Shown piece by piece: positions 11,038 through 24,278 of a DNA stretch of 64,000 bases. The stretch lies in contig OY970320.1 in the NCBI GenBank assembly GCA_963716745.1, forward strand, positions 2,208,001 through 2,272,000. Reading direction: 5' to 3'. The notes beneath the pieces were generated by a model that saw nothing but the letters and a program-made list of their open reading frames with translations, did not search any database and was not told where the DNA came from. A program made the translations under genes and the position numbers. Every line of letters begins with the position of its first letter. The stretch's first letter is position 1. Source of the stretch: an uncultured Gemmatimonadaceae bacterium. Lineage in GTDB: Bacteria; Gemmatimonadota; Gemmatimonadetes; Gemmatimonadales; Gemmatimonadaceae.

Positions 11038-13479
11038 ATGGATCTACTCCTTCAGGATCTGCATCGCGCAGCGCGTGCGCTGGTGCGCACGCCGGCCTTC
11101 ACGCTCGCGGTGATCGCGACGCTCGCGCTCGGCATCGGCGCGAACACCGCGGTGTTCAGCGTGGTGAACGCGGCGCTGTTGCGCGCGCTGCCGTTCCCGG
11201 AGTCCGGGCGCGTGTACGCGGTATGGGAGACGAAGAACGGCCAACAGACCAATGGACCGTCTCGCCGCCGGACTTCTTCGACGTGCGCGCGCAGAACCAC
11301 TCGTTCACCGCGATGGCGGCGGCCACCGGCGGCGGCGCGACGCTCACCGGCGCCGGCGACCCCGTTTACTTCGCAGGGACTTCGCGTCACCGTGGATTAT
11401 TTCCGCGTGCTCGGCGTGAAGCCCGCGATGGGCCGCGCGTTCGACTCTACGGAGTTCGAGAAAGGCCGCGATCACGTGGTCATCCTCTCGAACGGCGCCT
11501 GGAAGGAACGCTTCGGCGGCGATCCCGCGATCATCGGCCGCGTGCTCCAGCTCAATGCCGAGGGCTACACCGTGTGGGCGTGCTGGCGGCGGGCGAGGCG
11601 TTCCCGGAGAGCGTGGACTACTGGTCGCCGCTGAGCTTCACCGCGGAGGAGCTGTCCACGCAGCGCGGCGCGCACTATTTGCTCGTGACCGGCCGGCTGC
11701 GCAACGGCGTGTCGCCGGAAGAAGCGCGGACGGATGTCGTGCGCGATCGGCGCACGGTTGGCAGCGGCATATCCGAACTCGAACACCGGCGGCGGCTTGA
11801 CGACGCAGAGCGTGCGTGATTCGCTCACCGGCGATCTGCGCACGATGCTGTTCGTGCTGCTCGGCGCCGTGACGCTCGTGCTCATGATCGCGTGCGCCAA
11901 TGTCGCGAATCTGCTGCTCGCTCGCGCGAGCGGCCGCACGCGTGACGTGGCGGTGAGCATGGCGCTGGGCGCGAGGCGCGGCGATCTCATCCGCCGCTCG
12001 CTCGCGGAGAGCCTGCTGCTCACGACGGCGCGGGCGCGAGTCGTGGGCCTGCTGCTCGCGAGCTGGCTGACGAGCGCGCTCGCGGCATTGCGCCCCGAAT
12101 GCGCTGCGCAACGTGAGAGACATCGCGATCGACGGGCCGGTGCTCGTCTACACGCTGTCTCGTCGCGTGCGGAACCGGCGTCCTGTTCGGCCTCGTTCCC
12201 GTGTGGCGCGCCGGGCCGCGCCCGCGATGTGCACCAGCTGCTGCGCTCGGGCGGACGCGGCGTGGTGGGCGCGGGCGCCTCGTGGCGCGTGCGGGGTGGA
12301 CTCGTTGCCGCAGAGCTGGCGATCGGCGTGATGCTGCTCGCCGGCGCAGGACTTCTCGTCCGCAGCTTCATACGGCTGCAGCATGTGGATCCCGGGTTCG
12401 CGACCGTGCAGGCCTGGACCTTCCGCGTGGGGCTGCCCAATGCGCGGTATCCGAAGCCGGAGAACGCGCGCCAATTCTTCGGCGCGCTCGAGGAGCGTCT
12501 CGCCGCGATCCCCGGCGTCGCCGGCGTCGCGGCCGCGAACATCCTGCCACTCGACGAATACAATTATTCCATCAGCGTCCGTTCGATCGACGGCGTGGTG
12601 ATCGAGGACGCGAAGCAGCCGTCGGTGCAGATCCGCGTCGTCACGCCGGATTTCCTGAAGGGGCTCAGCGTGCCCTTCGTGGCGGGGCGCGACTTCGCGG
12701 CGACGGACCGCGATTCCGCGCCGGTCGTGGCCATCGTGAACGAGGCCGCCGCGCGCCTGCTCTTCCACGGCGAGAACGCCATGGGCCACCATTTCGAACT
12801 CGGTACGAAATTCGGCCTTGGCGGTCCGCGCGCCGGCGGTGAAGTGATCGGCGTCGTGCGTGACGTGCATGACGACGCGATCGCGAAGCCGGCGAGTCCC
12901 ACCGTCTATGCGGCGCATGCGCAGTTCCCGTTGAGCGACATGTCCGTCGTGATCCGCGCACAGCCGGGCACGGACGCGCGCACGCTCGCGGCGCCGGTGC
13001 GCGCCGCCTTGAAGGCGGGCGATCCGCTGCTTCCCCAATCGGCTCTCAAGCCGCTCGCCGAGTTGGTGAGCGGGTCCATTGCTCGGCCGCGGTTCTCGAT
13101 GCTCGTGGTGGGGCTCTTCGCCGCGATCGCGCTGGCGCTCGCGGCCGTCGGCATCTACGGCGTGATGGCCGGCCTCGTGAACCAACGCGAGAGCGAGATC
13201 GGCATCCGCATGGCGCTCGGTGCGGGCGGTGCGCGGGTGGTGTCGGAGATCGTCCGCACCATGCTGCCGGCCGTCGCCTTCGGATTGGGCGCGGGCCTCG
13301 TGGGCGCGCTGGCGCTCACGCGATTGCTCGGCAGCCTGCTCTATGAGATCGGTCCGTCCGACCCGGCGACGCTTGCGGCCACGCTCGGCGTGCTCATGGT
13401 GGTCGCCTTCCTCGCCAGTTATCTGCCCGCGCGCCGCGCATCGCGCGTCGACCCGATGACCGCGCTCCGCGCGGAGTGA
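11038..13479 (+). pseudogene. ADOP-like ABC permease copy 5 with multiple frameshifts (pseudogene or assembly errors)
   Basis: [11 protein letters not shown] start and DPMTALRAE end; permease motifs switch frame near 11250, 11376, 11575, 11740 and several times at 12100-12220. Confidence 0.8.
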
Positions 13480-13486
13480 GTCGCTC

Positions 13487-15893
13487 ATGAACGACATCAA
13501 GCTCGCATTCCGCCGCCTGATCAAATCGCCGCTCTTCACCGGCGTCGGCGATGCTCACGCTCGCGCTCGGCATTGGCGCGAACAGCGCGGTGTTCTCGGT
13601 GGTGAACGCGGTGCTGCTCCGGCCGCTGCCGTACCCGAACGAAGGGCGGCTGATGATGCTTTATCCGCATGACGCCGACGGAGAGGAGACATTCTCGCCC
13701 GTGGATTTCATGCGATTCGAACGCGACAGCCGGCTCGTGTCGCCGGTCGCGGCATTTCGCTCGTGGACGTTCAACGTCGGTGCCGGCGGCCGCCCTGAGA
13801 AAGCCAATGGCGCGATCGTCACCGCGGGTTTCTTCAAGACGCTCGGCGTGTCGCCGGAGCTTGGCCGGTGGCCCGAGGAAACGAGCCCGGGCCGGCTGAA
13901 CACTGGCGAAGTCGTGATCTCGGACGGCTACTGGCGCAGCAGTCTCGGCGCTCGCGCCGGCGTGCTCGGCACGGTGATCGACCTGAACGGCGAGCCGGTG
14001 GCGATCGTGGGCGTGATGCCGCCGGGCTACGACGTGCCGGTGGGCGCGGAGATCTGGAGGCCGTCGCCGTTCGCGGTGCCTCCGACCCCGCTGCGGCCCA
14101 CGGAGGACGTTTCGACCGAATCGGACACGCACTATTTCGAGTCGATCGGACGCGTTCGCCCCGACGTCTCCATCGAGGCCGCGCGCGCCGAGGCGAGCGC
14201 GATCGTGAATCGCAACGCGCGGATCGAGAACGGAAAGCCGGAGTTCGATGGCGCGACGCTCATCACGATCCACGAGGACCGTGTGGGCGACAGCCGCGCG
14301 GCGCTGTTGCTGCTCGTCGGCGCGGCGGGCGTGCTGCTGCTCATCGCGAGCGTGAATCTCGCGAACCTGCTGCTCGCGCGCGCCGCATCGCGGTCGCGCG
14401 AGTGGCTCGTGCGCTCCGCGCTCGGCGCCGGCCGCTGGCAGCTGGCCAAGGAGCAGCTCATCGAGAGCGTGATGCTCGCGCTCCTCGGCGGCGGGGCGGG
14501 GCTGCTCATCGCGACGTGGGGCGTGGCATCGCTGCGCTCGCTCGCGCCGTTCGACCTGCAGGGGCTCATCGATGCGTCGCCCGACTGGCGCGTGGTGGGC
14601 TTCACAATGGCGGTCGCGATCGCGACTGGCATCGCGTTCGGCGTGGGACCGGCGCTGCAGACCGCGCGCGGCGATATCGCGACGGGCATGCGTGAGGGCG
14701 GCCGAGGCGCCGTGGATTCGCGTGCGCGGCGCCGCGTGCGCGATACGCTCGCCGTGAGCGAAGTGGCGCTCGCCTGCGTGCTGGCCGTGGGCGCCGGACT
14801 GTTGGTGAAGGCGTTCGTGTCCGTGCAGAACGTGAGCGAGGGATTCGAGACGCACGGCGTGGTCACAATGGCGCTCACGCTCCCGCAGGTGAAGTATCCC
14901 GACGGCGACCGGCGCGCCGCATTCGTGGACCAAATAGTGCCGGCGATCGCGGCGCTGCCGCAGGTGACGTCGGTGGGCGTGATCAGCCGTTTGCCGCTCA
15001 ATCCGGGAGCCAGCCGCAGCGACCTGAAGATCGAAGGGCGCGAGACGCGGCCGGACGACCCGAATCCCGACTATCTCGTGGCGTCGCCGGGCTACTTCAA
15101 GTCACTCTCGATCCCTGTCATTCGCGGGCGCGATTTCGACGAGCGCGACCGGTTGAACGCGGCACAAGTCGCGATCGTCACCCAGAGCACCGCGCAGCGA
15201 TTCTGGGGGAAGACCAATGTCCTCGGCGCACGGATCCAGATCCGCGACGACCGGTGGCGCACGGTCGTAGGCGTGGTGGCCAATGTGCGCCAGCATGAGC
15301 TCGACCGTAAGCCGATCCCCGGCGTGTATCTCCCGTACGATCAGGATGCATGGGCGAACTTCACGATCGCGGTGCGCGGCACCGGCGACGCCGCGTCGAT
15401 GACCGGCCCGATCGAGCGCGCGATCCACGCGCTCGATGCGGATCAGGCGGTGTACGCGATCCGCACGATGGATGAAGTGGTCGCGCGCTCGCTCGCGGCG
15501 CGGCGGTTCACGCTGATGCTCATCTCATTGTTCACGGCGGTCGCGCTCGCGCTCGCGGCGGTTGGCGTCTATGGCGTGATCGCCTATGGCGTCGCCCAGC
15601 GGACGCGCGAGATGGGCGTGCGCGTCGCACTCGGTGCGCTGCCGAGCGACGTGGTGCGTCTCGTGGTGCGCGACGGCATGCTCGTCGCGGGGGCGGGCGT
15701 GGCGGCGGGCTTGCTCGTTGCGCTCGCGCTCTCACCGGTGCTCAAGGCGATGCTCTACGCGGTGCAGCCTCGCGATCCGGTCACTTTCCTGGCGGTGGGC
15801 GGTATGGTGGCGGCGGTCGCGCTGCTCGCGAGCTGGATCCCGGCGCGGCGCGCCTCGCGCGTGGATCCGCTGGAGGCGCTGCGCGAGGAGTGA
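13487..15893 (+). CDS. ADOP-like ABC permease copy 6 (one frameshift near 13547)
   Basis: MNDIKLAFRRLIKSPLFTGV continues as [12 protein letters not shown] in another frame; the remainder is intact. Confidence 0.88.
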
Positions 15894-15926
15894 CGCTCCG
15901 CCCTCGCGGGCGATAATCTTAGCACC

Positions 15927-17288
<1,362 letters not shown>

Positions 17289-17296
17289 CGCTCCGG

Positions 17297-18610
17297 ATGG
17301 CGGGCAGCCATGAGCGCAGCGTTACGACCATCGCGGTCGCCGGCAGCTTTCCCGCGCTCGCGCTCGCACTGATCCTGCTGTGGACCGGCGACTTCGCGCC
17401 GCGCACGCAGTGGACGCTCACGATCATCATCGGACTCGCATTCCTGATCGGGATCATCGCGCTCCGCGAGCGCGTCGTGCGGCCGCTGCAGACGCTGAGC
17501 AACATGCTGGCCGCGATCCGCGAGCAGGACTATTCGCTGCGCGCGCGACGCGCGAACGCCGACGACGCGCTGGGCCTCGCGATGCTCGAACTGAATTCGC
17601 TCATGGCCGAGTTGCGCGCGCGGCGCCTGGGCGCGCTCGAGGCCACCGCGCTGCTGCGGCGCGTGATGGAAGAAGTCGACGTCGCAGTACTCGCATTCGA
17701 CGACGCGGGCGCGCTGCGCCTCGTGAACGCCGCCGGCGAGCGGATCCTCGAGCAGCCCGCCGAGCGATTGCTGGGCAAACGCGCCGAGGATCTGAATCTC
17801 GCCGAAGCACTCGCCGGCGATGCGCCGCGCGTGCTCGATCTCGCGCTGGGTGGGAAATCGGGCCGCTGGGAAGTGCGCCGCGGCAATTTCCGCCAGGACG
17901 GCAAGCCGCACACGTTCTTGTTGCTGGCCGATGTGAGCCGAGCGCTGCGCGAGGAGGAGCGACTGGCGTGGCAGCGGCTGATCCGAGTGCTGGGGCACGA
18001 GATCAATAATTCCGTGACGCCGATCAATTCACTCGCCGAACGCTTGGGCCAATTGCTGGGCCGCTCGCCGCCGGAGGGCGAATTGCGCGAGGACTTGAAG
18101 AAGGGTTTAAGCGTGATCTCGAGCCGCTCGCAGGGCTTGAGCCGATTCCTGGCGAGCTACACGCGCTTGGCGAAACTCCCGCCGCCGAAACTGGCGCCGG
18201 TGAAAGTGGATACGTGGGTGCAGCGCGTCGTGCGATTGGAAACGCGCTTGCCCGTCGCGATCGAGGCGGGCCCGCCGATCACCCTGAGCGCCGACGGCGA
18301 TCAACTCGACCAACTCCTGATCAACCTGATCGCGAACGCCGTCGACGCCGCCCAGAGCACGGGCGGAGGCGTGCGCGTCCGGTGGACACGCATCGACGGC
18401 AATTTCGAGTTGAGCGTCCTCGACGACGGCCCCGGCCTGCCGAAATCCGCGAACCTCTTCGTCCCATTCTTCACCACGAAGCCGGGCGGCACAGGAATCG
18501 GTCTTGTTCTCTCGCGCCAGATCGCGGAGGCGCATGGAGGCCTGGTCACGCTCACAAACAGGCCCGACGCAAAGGGATGTGAAGCGAGATTGACGCTACC
18601 GCTGAACTGA
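17297..18610 (+). CDS. Membrane sensor histidine kinase (2 TM, HAMP/PAS-like, HisKA, HATPase)
   Basis: GHEINN H-box, NLIANA N-box, DDGPG, FFTTKPGGTGIGL. Confidence 0.93.
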   Translation: MAGSHERSVTTIAVAGSFPALALALILLWTGDFAPRTQWTLTIIIGLAFLIGIIALRERVVRPLQTLSNMLAAIREQDYSLRARRANADDALGLAMLELNSLMAELRARRLGALEATALLRRVMEEVDVAVLAFDDAGALRLVNAAGERILEQPAERLLGKRAEDLNLAEALAGDAPRVLDLALGGKSGRWEVRRGNFRQDGKPHTFLLLADVSRALREEERLAWQRLIRVLGHEINNSVTPINSLAERLGQLLGRSPPEGELREDLKKGLSVISSRSQGLSRFLASYTRLAKLPPPKLAPVKVDTWVQRVVRLETRLPVAIEAGPPITLSADGDQLDQLLINLIANAVDAAQSTGGGVRVRWTRIDGNFELSVLDDGPGLPKSANLFVPFFTTKPGGTGIGLVLSRQIAEAHGGLVTLTNRPDAKGCEARLTLPLN

Positions 18611-18623
18611 ACCGCACGAACAA

Positions 18624-18772
18624 GGGAAACGGGATACGGGAAACGGGAGGCGGTGGGCTCGGGAATCCGTTTTCTGTTGACTGTCGACTGTAGACTGTCG
18701 ACTGGCAGTCACTCGATCACTGTTGACTGTTGACTGCTATTCTAAGAGAGCAGGTGGCAGTAGTCAGCAGTT
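18624..18772. repeat. Heptameric short tandem repeats (GGGAWAC x3; CTGTHGA x4 plus x2)
   Basis: gggaaac gggatac gggaaac; ctgttga ctgtcga ctgtaga ctgtcga; ctgttga ctgttga. Confidence 0.8.
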
Positions 18773-18782
18773 AATGGAGGTC

Positions 18783-18799
18783 CCGGCACGAGGTATGCA
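18783..18799 (+). promoter_or_regulatory. Putative sigma-54 (-24/-12) promoter
   Basis: CCGGCACGAGGTATGCA: GG-N10-GC spacing, close to the YTGGCACGNNNNTTGCW consensus; lies next to an NtrC-type activator gene. Confidence 0.65.
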
Positions 18800-18813
18800 C
18801 TAGAGAGATCACC

Positions 18814-19017
18814 ATGCGCCTCCCCCCTCTCTCCGCCCTCGCAACCCTCCTCCACATGTCCGCTTCCGGGATGCACCGTCCGCCAGCGAACAGCGAGGCC
18901 CTGAAGCCAACTATCTACGCCCCGAGCCTGTCCAACCTGCGACCGGAGCGTGCTCGGGGCGCCGAGAACTGTCTCGAATCGCAGGACCACGAAGCCGCAA
19001 ACGAGGTGGCTAAATGA
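18814..19017 (+). CDS. Hypothetical 67-aa leader ORF
   Basis: Follows the sigma-54 motif; its stop overlaps the permease start (ATGA); no recognised domain. Confidence 0.35.
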   Translation: MRLPPLSALATLLHMSASGMHRPPANSEALKPTIYAPSLSNLRPERARGAENCLESQDHEAANEVAK

Positions 19018-21468
19018 GCGAGCTCCTGTTCGACCTGAAATACTCCCTCCGCCGCCTCGCAAAATCGCCTGTGTTCTCGGCGATCATCATCCTCACCCTC
19101 GCACTCGGCATCGGCGCCAACACCGCGATCTTCTCGGTCGTGAATACGGTGCTGCTCACTCCCGCGCCGTACCGCGAACCAGGACAGCTCGTCGAAGTCT
19201 TCCACTGGTACGAGAACCTCAAGCTCCACGCCGGCGTCTCCGCCCCCGGCTTTCACACTTATCGCGATGAGACACACGACTTCGACGCCGTGGCCGTCAC
19301 TGCCGGCTGGGGCGTGAATCTCACGGGCGTCGGCGATCCCCAGCGCGTCACCGGCGTCCGCGCGAGCGGCGACTTCTGGAAAGTGCTCGGCGTTCCGCCG
19401 GCGCTGGGCCGCGTGTTCGGCCGCGATGAAGATGAACCGGGCAAGGAGCGCGTCGCGGTGATCAGCGACGGTCTCTGGAAGCGCGTCTTCGGCGGCGACG
19501 CCTCGATCGTGGGCAAGAACGTGTCGATCAATGGAGAGCCCTACACGATCGTCGCAGTCATGCCGCCCGGCTTCGTCGATCCGTGGAATCGCAATGCCGA
19601 TATGTGGCGCCCGCTCGCGCTGCCGGTCGCGAACTTCGCCGTCGGCAATTTCACGAATGAATTCATGAAGCTCATCGCGCGCCTCAAGCCCGGCGTCACG
19701 GTCGAGCAGGCGGACCGCGACATGGGCGCGCTCGCCACGGATCTCAAGAAACGCTACCCCGATCAGTTCGGCCCCAGCTGGACGCTGCGCACTACGACGT
19801 ACGCCGAGTCGACCACGGGCAACGTGCGCACGCCGCTGCTTTGGCTGCTCGGCGCCGTGGGCGTCGTGCTGCTCATCGCCTGCGCGAACGTCGCGAACAT
19901 GTTCCTCGCGCGCGCCGCGGGGCGTCAGCGTGAAGTGGCCGTGCGCACCGCGCTCGGCGCCGAGCGTTGGGCGCTGATAAGACAGTTCCTCGTGGAGAGC
20001 GTGATGCTGAGCGTGGCCGGCGGCGCGCTCGGCTTGTTCGTCGCCGACAGCACGCTGCGCGCGCTCGTGGCGCTGAACCCGGCGAGCATCCCCGGCGCGG
20101 CCACACTGCACGTCGACGGCAGGGTGGTGCTGTTCACCGCGCTCATCGCGGTGGCCACGGGCGTCGTGTTCGGCATCGCGCCCGCGCTCCACGCCTCGGC
20201 GGGCGATCTGCATGCGTCGCTCAAGGAAGGCGGACGCGGAGGCACCACCGACAAGAAAGGCCAACTCGTGCGCCGCTCGCTCGTGGTGTCCGAGATGGCG
20301 ATGGCCGTGGTGTTGTGCTTCGGCGGCGGCCTGATGATCAAGAGCTTCGCGAAGCTGGCGGACGTCGATCCCGGGTTCGATCCGCACAACATGCTCACGT
20401 TCACCCTTTCGCTGCCCAAGACGCAGTACCCGAACGACACCGCGCAGCGCGCCTTCATGGCGCGCCTCGTGCCGCGCATCGCGGAAGTGCCCGGCGTTCT
20501 TGCCTCCGGCATCACCTCAGTGCTTCCGTTCAGTGGCGACTGGTCCACGGGCAGCTTCAACGTCGAGGGCTACACGCCGCCGCCCAAGATGAACTCGCCG
20601 TGGGGCGACCTGCGGTTCATCTCGCCCGGATTCCTGTCCGCCATGAAAGTGCCGCTGCTCGCCGGCCGGATGCTCGATGCGCGCGACACGCACGAGGCGC
20701 CGCAGGTCTGCATCGTGGACGAGGAATTCATCCACAAGTATTACGGGAAGGACGTGACGCCCGCCTCGGCGCTCGGCAAGCGGATCTTCTTCGAGAACCT
20801 GCCGGTCACCGACTCGACGCACTTCATTAGCATCGTGGGCGTGGTCGGCCACACCAAGCACGAAGGGCCTCGACGCCGATCCGCGCGTGCAGGTCTATTT
20901 CCCGGTGGACCAGCAGAGCTTCAACTTCAATTTCATGTACGTGATCGCGCGCACGGCCGGTGATCCCAAGCTCTCGGTGAACGCGGTGCGCAGCGCCGTG
21001 CTCGACGTGGACCACAATCTTCCGATCGCGCAAGTGAACACGCTCGAGAAGCAGGTGAACGACTCCATGGGGCGCCGCCGCATTGCCGCGATCCTGCTCG
21101 GCGTCTTCTCGTCGCTCGCGCTGCTGCTCGCATCACTCGGGATCTATGGCGTGATGAGTTACGCCGTGGCGCAGCGCACACGTGAGATCGGCGTGCGCGT
21201 GGCATTGGGCGCGAGCCGCGGCAGAGTGTTGCAGCTCATCGTGGGGCAGGGCGCGACGCTCGCGGTGATCGGTGGAGTCGTCGGCATTGCCGGCGCACTC
21301 ACCGGCGCGTGGGTGCTGCGCTCGCAGCTCTATGCGGTGCAGTGGTGGGATCCGGGAACGCTGGTGTCCATCGTGGCGCTGCTGTCGGGCGCTGTTGTCG
21401 TGGCGTCGATCATTCCCGCGCTGCGGGCGGCCGCGATCCATCCGACTGAGGCTTTGAGAGAAGAGTGA
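19014..21468 (+). CDS. ADOP-like ABC permease copy 7 (one frameshift near 20865)
   Basis: GHTKHEG continues as [12 protein letters not shown] in another frame if one G is removed from GAAGGGC. Confidence 0.88.
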
Positions 21469-23927
21469 ACAACAACGACGCGGGAAGCGGGAAGGGGGAA
21501 GCGAGACTGCTCAATCAAGTGCGGCAGGACATTGGTTACGCCCTCCGTTCGCTGCGTAAGGCGCCGGGGTTCGCGGTGATCGCGATCGCGACGCTCGCGC
21601 TGGGGATCGGGGCGAACACGGCGATCTTCTCCGTCGTGAACGGCGTCCTGCTTCGGCCGCTGCCGTTCCAGGACCCCGACCGCCTCGTGCTCGTGGCCGC
21701 CAGCTACGACGGCCGCCGCGCCGCGCCCGCCTCGCCCGCCAACATCGCGGACTGGCAGACGCAGAGTCACTCCTTCACCTCGATCGCCGTCGTGGGCGGG
21801 CACTCGGTGGTGCTCACCGGCAGCGGCGATCCGGAACGGCTGCGCGGCGCCGACGTCGGCGCCGACATGTTCACGATCCTCGGCGTGAAGCCGGTGCTCG
21901 GCCGCGTCGCGTTCACGCCGCAAGAAGCGGCGTTCAACGGCTCGAAGGCGGTGCTGCTCAATGAATCGCTCTGGAAGACGCGATTCGGCAGCGATCCCGC
22001 GCTCGTGGGCAAGTCGATCATCCTCGACAACGAGAGCTATCTCGTCGCGGGCATCGTGCCCGCGGCGTCGGCGTGGCCCGCGAACGCGGTGGTCTGGATG
22101 CCGTACAGCTACGATCCCGCGCGGCTCGCGCAGAGCCGGGGCGCGGTCTATCTCAACACCATCGCCCGGCTCAAGCCGGGTGTGTCGCTCGCGAGCGCGG
22201 CCGCCGACATGCGCGCGGTCCAGGAGCGCCTCGACAAGGATTACCCCGAGGCGAACACCGGCGTCGGCTCGAAGGTCATCACCATGCAGGAGAGCATCAC
22301 CGGCGACCTGCGGCGCCCGCTGTACGTGCTGTTGGGCGGCGTCGCATTCGTGCTGCTCATCGCGTGCGCCAACGTCGCAAATCTGCTCCTCGTGCGCGGA
22401 GTCGCGCGTGAAGGCGAGATCGCCGTGCGCACCGCGCTCGGCGCCGGCCGCGGGCGGTTGATCCGCCAGCTCGTGACCGAGAGCGTCGTGCTGTCGCTCC
22501 TTGGCGGCGGGGCGGGGCTCATGCTCGCGCTGTACGGCACGCAAGTGCTCGTGAGCCTCGCGCCGTCGAGCATCCCGCGCCTCGATTCCATTCGCGTAGA
22601 TGGCATCGTGCTGGGATTCACTTTGCTCATCGCGGTCGCGACAGGCGTGATCTTCGGTCTCGTGCCATCGCGCCAGCTCACGCGCCCCGATGTCGCGAAG
22701 ACGCTTCGCGAGGGCGGGCGCGGCGGCGGGCGGGCCGGAACGCATCGCGCGCGCAGCGCGCTCGTGGTCGCCGAGGTGGCGCTGAGCGTGATGCTCCTGG
22801 TGGGCGCGGGACTGCTCATTCGCAGCTTCGGACAGCTCACGGCTGTGGACCCGGGATTCCGCACGGAGAGCTCGATCGCCTTCAATTTGAGTTTGCCGCA
22901 GACCAAGTACGAAACGCCGGAGAAGACGGGTCTCATGCTCTCGCAGATCATGGAGCGCGTGCGCGCGATCCCGGGCGTGGCGCAAAGTGGTGCGGCGTTC
23001 GGTCTGCCCCTCACGAATTTCAGTTTCGGCTTTTCGTTCTCCATCGCGGGACGACCGCCGGCGAAGCCCGGAGAGGAGCCGGATGCGCAAGTGCGCATGG
23101 CGACGCCCGACTATTTCCCGACCATGGGCATCAAGGTGCTGAAAGGGCGCGGCATGACGCCGGAGGATCGCGCCGGTGCGCCGGTCGCTTTGCTCATCAC
23201 CGAGACCGGCCGTCAGCGATTCTTCCCGGACGAGGATCCCATCGGGAAGCACATCACGATCGGCATCGGGCGGAACGGGCACAATCTGGAGGGTGACATT
23301 GTAGGCATCGTCGCCGACACCAAGCAGAGTTCGCTCGCGACGGCGACGCTGCCGCAATTCTGGATCCCCTACGCCCAGTGGCCGATGAACAGCGTGACCG
23401 TGGTGATGCACACCACGCGCGATCCCTTCGCGGCGGTGGCCGACGCGCGGCGCGCGATCAAGGAGCTCGATCCCGATCTCGCGCTTTCGGGCATCAAGAC
23501 GCTGGACCAGGTCGTTTCCGAATCGGTCGCGCAGCCGAGGTTCTACATGGTGCTTCTGGCGGTCTTCGCCGGCGTGGCGGTGCTCCTCTCCGCGATCGGC
23601 ATTTACGGCGTGATCGCGTACCTGGTGGGCCAGCGCTCGCGGGAGATCGGCATTCGTCTCGCCCTTGGCGCGAGCCAGACCACCGTGATCCGCATGATCG
23701 CCCGCGACGGCGCGATCATGACCGCAACGGGCATTGGCGTAGGACTCGTCGGAGCGTTCGCGTTAACGCGCTCGATGACGGCGTTGCTATTCGACGTGAA
23801 GCCGAGCGACCCGATCACTTATCTCGCGGTGACGGCATTGCTCGCAGCCGTGGCGCTCGCGGCCAGCTGCATCCCGGCGCTGAGAGCGGCCCATGTGGAT
23901 CCGGCATTGACCATGCGAGCGGAGTAG
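21465..23927 (+). CDS. ADOP-like ABC permease copy 8
   Basis: 820 aa, full motif set; GTG start overlaps the previous stop; start uncertain. Confidence 0.92.
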   Translation: MNNNDAGSGKGEARLLNQVRQDIGYALRSLRKAPGFAVIAIATLALGIGANTAIFSVVNGVLLRPLPFQDPDRLVLVAASYDGRRAAPASPANIADWQTQSHSFTSIAVVGGHSVVLTGSGDPERLRGADVGADMFTILGVKPVLGRVAFTPQEAAFNGSKAVLLNESLWKTRFGSDPALVGKSIILDNESYLVAGIVPAASAWPANAVVWMPYSYDPARLAQSRGAVYLNTIARLKPGVSLASAAADMRAVQERLDKDYPEANTGVGSKVITMQESITGDLRRPLYVLLGGVAFVLLIACANVANLLLVRGVAREGEIAVRTALGAGRGRLIRQLVTESVVLSLLGGGAGLMLALYGTQVLVSLAPSSIPRLDSIRVDGIVLGFTLLIAVATGVIFGLVPSRQLTRPDVAKTLREGGRGGGRAGTHRARSALVVAEVALSVMLLVGAGLLIRSFGQLTAVDPGFRTESSIAFNLSLPQTKYETPEKTGLMLSQIMERVRAIPGVAQSGAAFGLPLTNFSFGFSFSIAGRPPAKPGEEPDAQVRMATPDYFPTMGIKVLKGRGMTPEDRAGAPVALLITETGRQRFFPDEDPIGKHITIGIGRNGHNLEGDIVGIVADTKQSSLATATLPQFWIPYAQWPMNSVTVVMHTTRDPFAAVADARRAIKELDPDLALSGIKTLDQVVSESVAQPRFYMVLLAVFAGVAVLLSAIGIYGVIAYLVGQRSREIGIRLALGASQTTVIRMIARDGAIMTATGIGVGLVGAFALTRSMTALLFDVKPSDPITYLAVTALLAAVALAASCIPALRAAHVDPALTMRAE

Positions 23928-23971
23928 GGAACTCACTGCGCTCGTCGTTCTCCTTGCGCCGAAAGACAAGT

Positions 23972-24173
23972 ATCACGGTTCATGTTCAATGGGATGCGGC
24001 GGAAAACTGCACGGATTGACTCCGAGTGGCGAAAGGCTCTCTCGCGCGCAGTCGGCGCTGTGTTGTTGTTGTTAACAACAAATACAGAAGCCTGACCGGC
24101 GGAGTGATCTCTCATCGCACTCGGAGTCAATCTGTGCTTCTTCCGCCGCATCCCATTGAATATGAACCGTGAT
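23972..24173. repeat. Palindromic element family A, copy 1 (about 200 bp, MITE/REPIN-like)
   Basis: Arms ATCACGGTTCATGTTCAATGGGATGCGGCGGAA...TTCCGCCGCATCCCATTGAATATGAACCGTGAT; central TTGTTGTTAACAACAA. Confidence 0.9.
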
Positions 24174-24278
24174 TCATGTGTTCCAGCGCATCGTACGTGA
24201 CGAGCGCGCGGGCAACCGTTCTTGCGGCCTCGGTCGCGAAGGCGTACCTCACAGGACCCATTCCCGTCCGGAGCCCTC

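Noticed and set aside
20855..20890. Programmed frameshifting in permease 7 and other split genes
   Set aside because: No slippery heptamer or stimulatory structure was seen; similar indels occur in unrelated genes, pointing to assembly error
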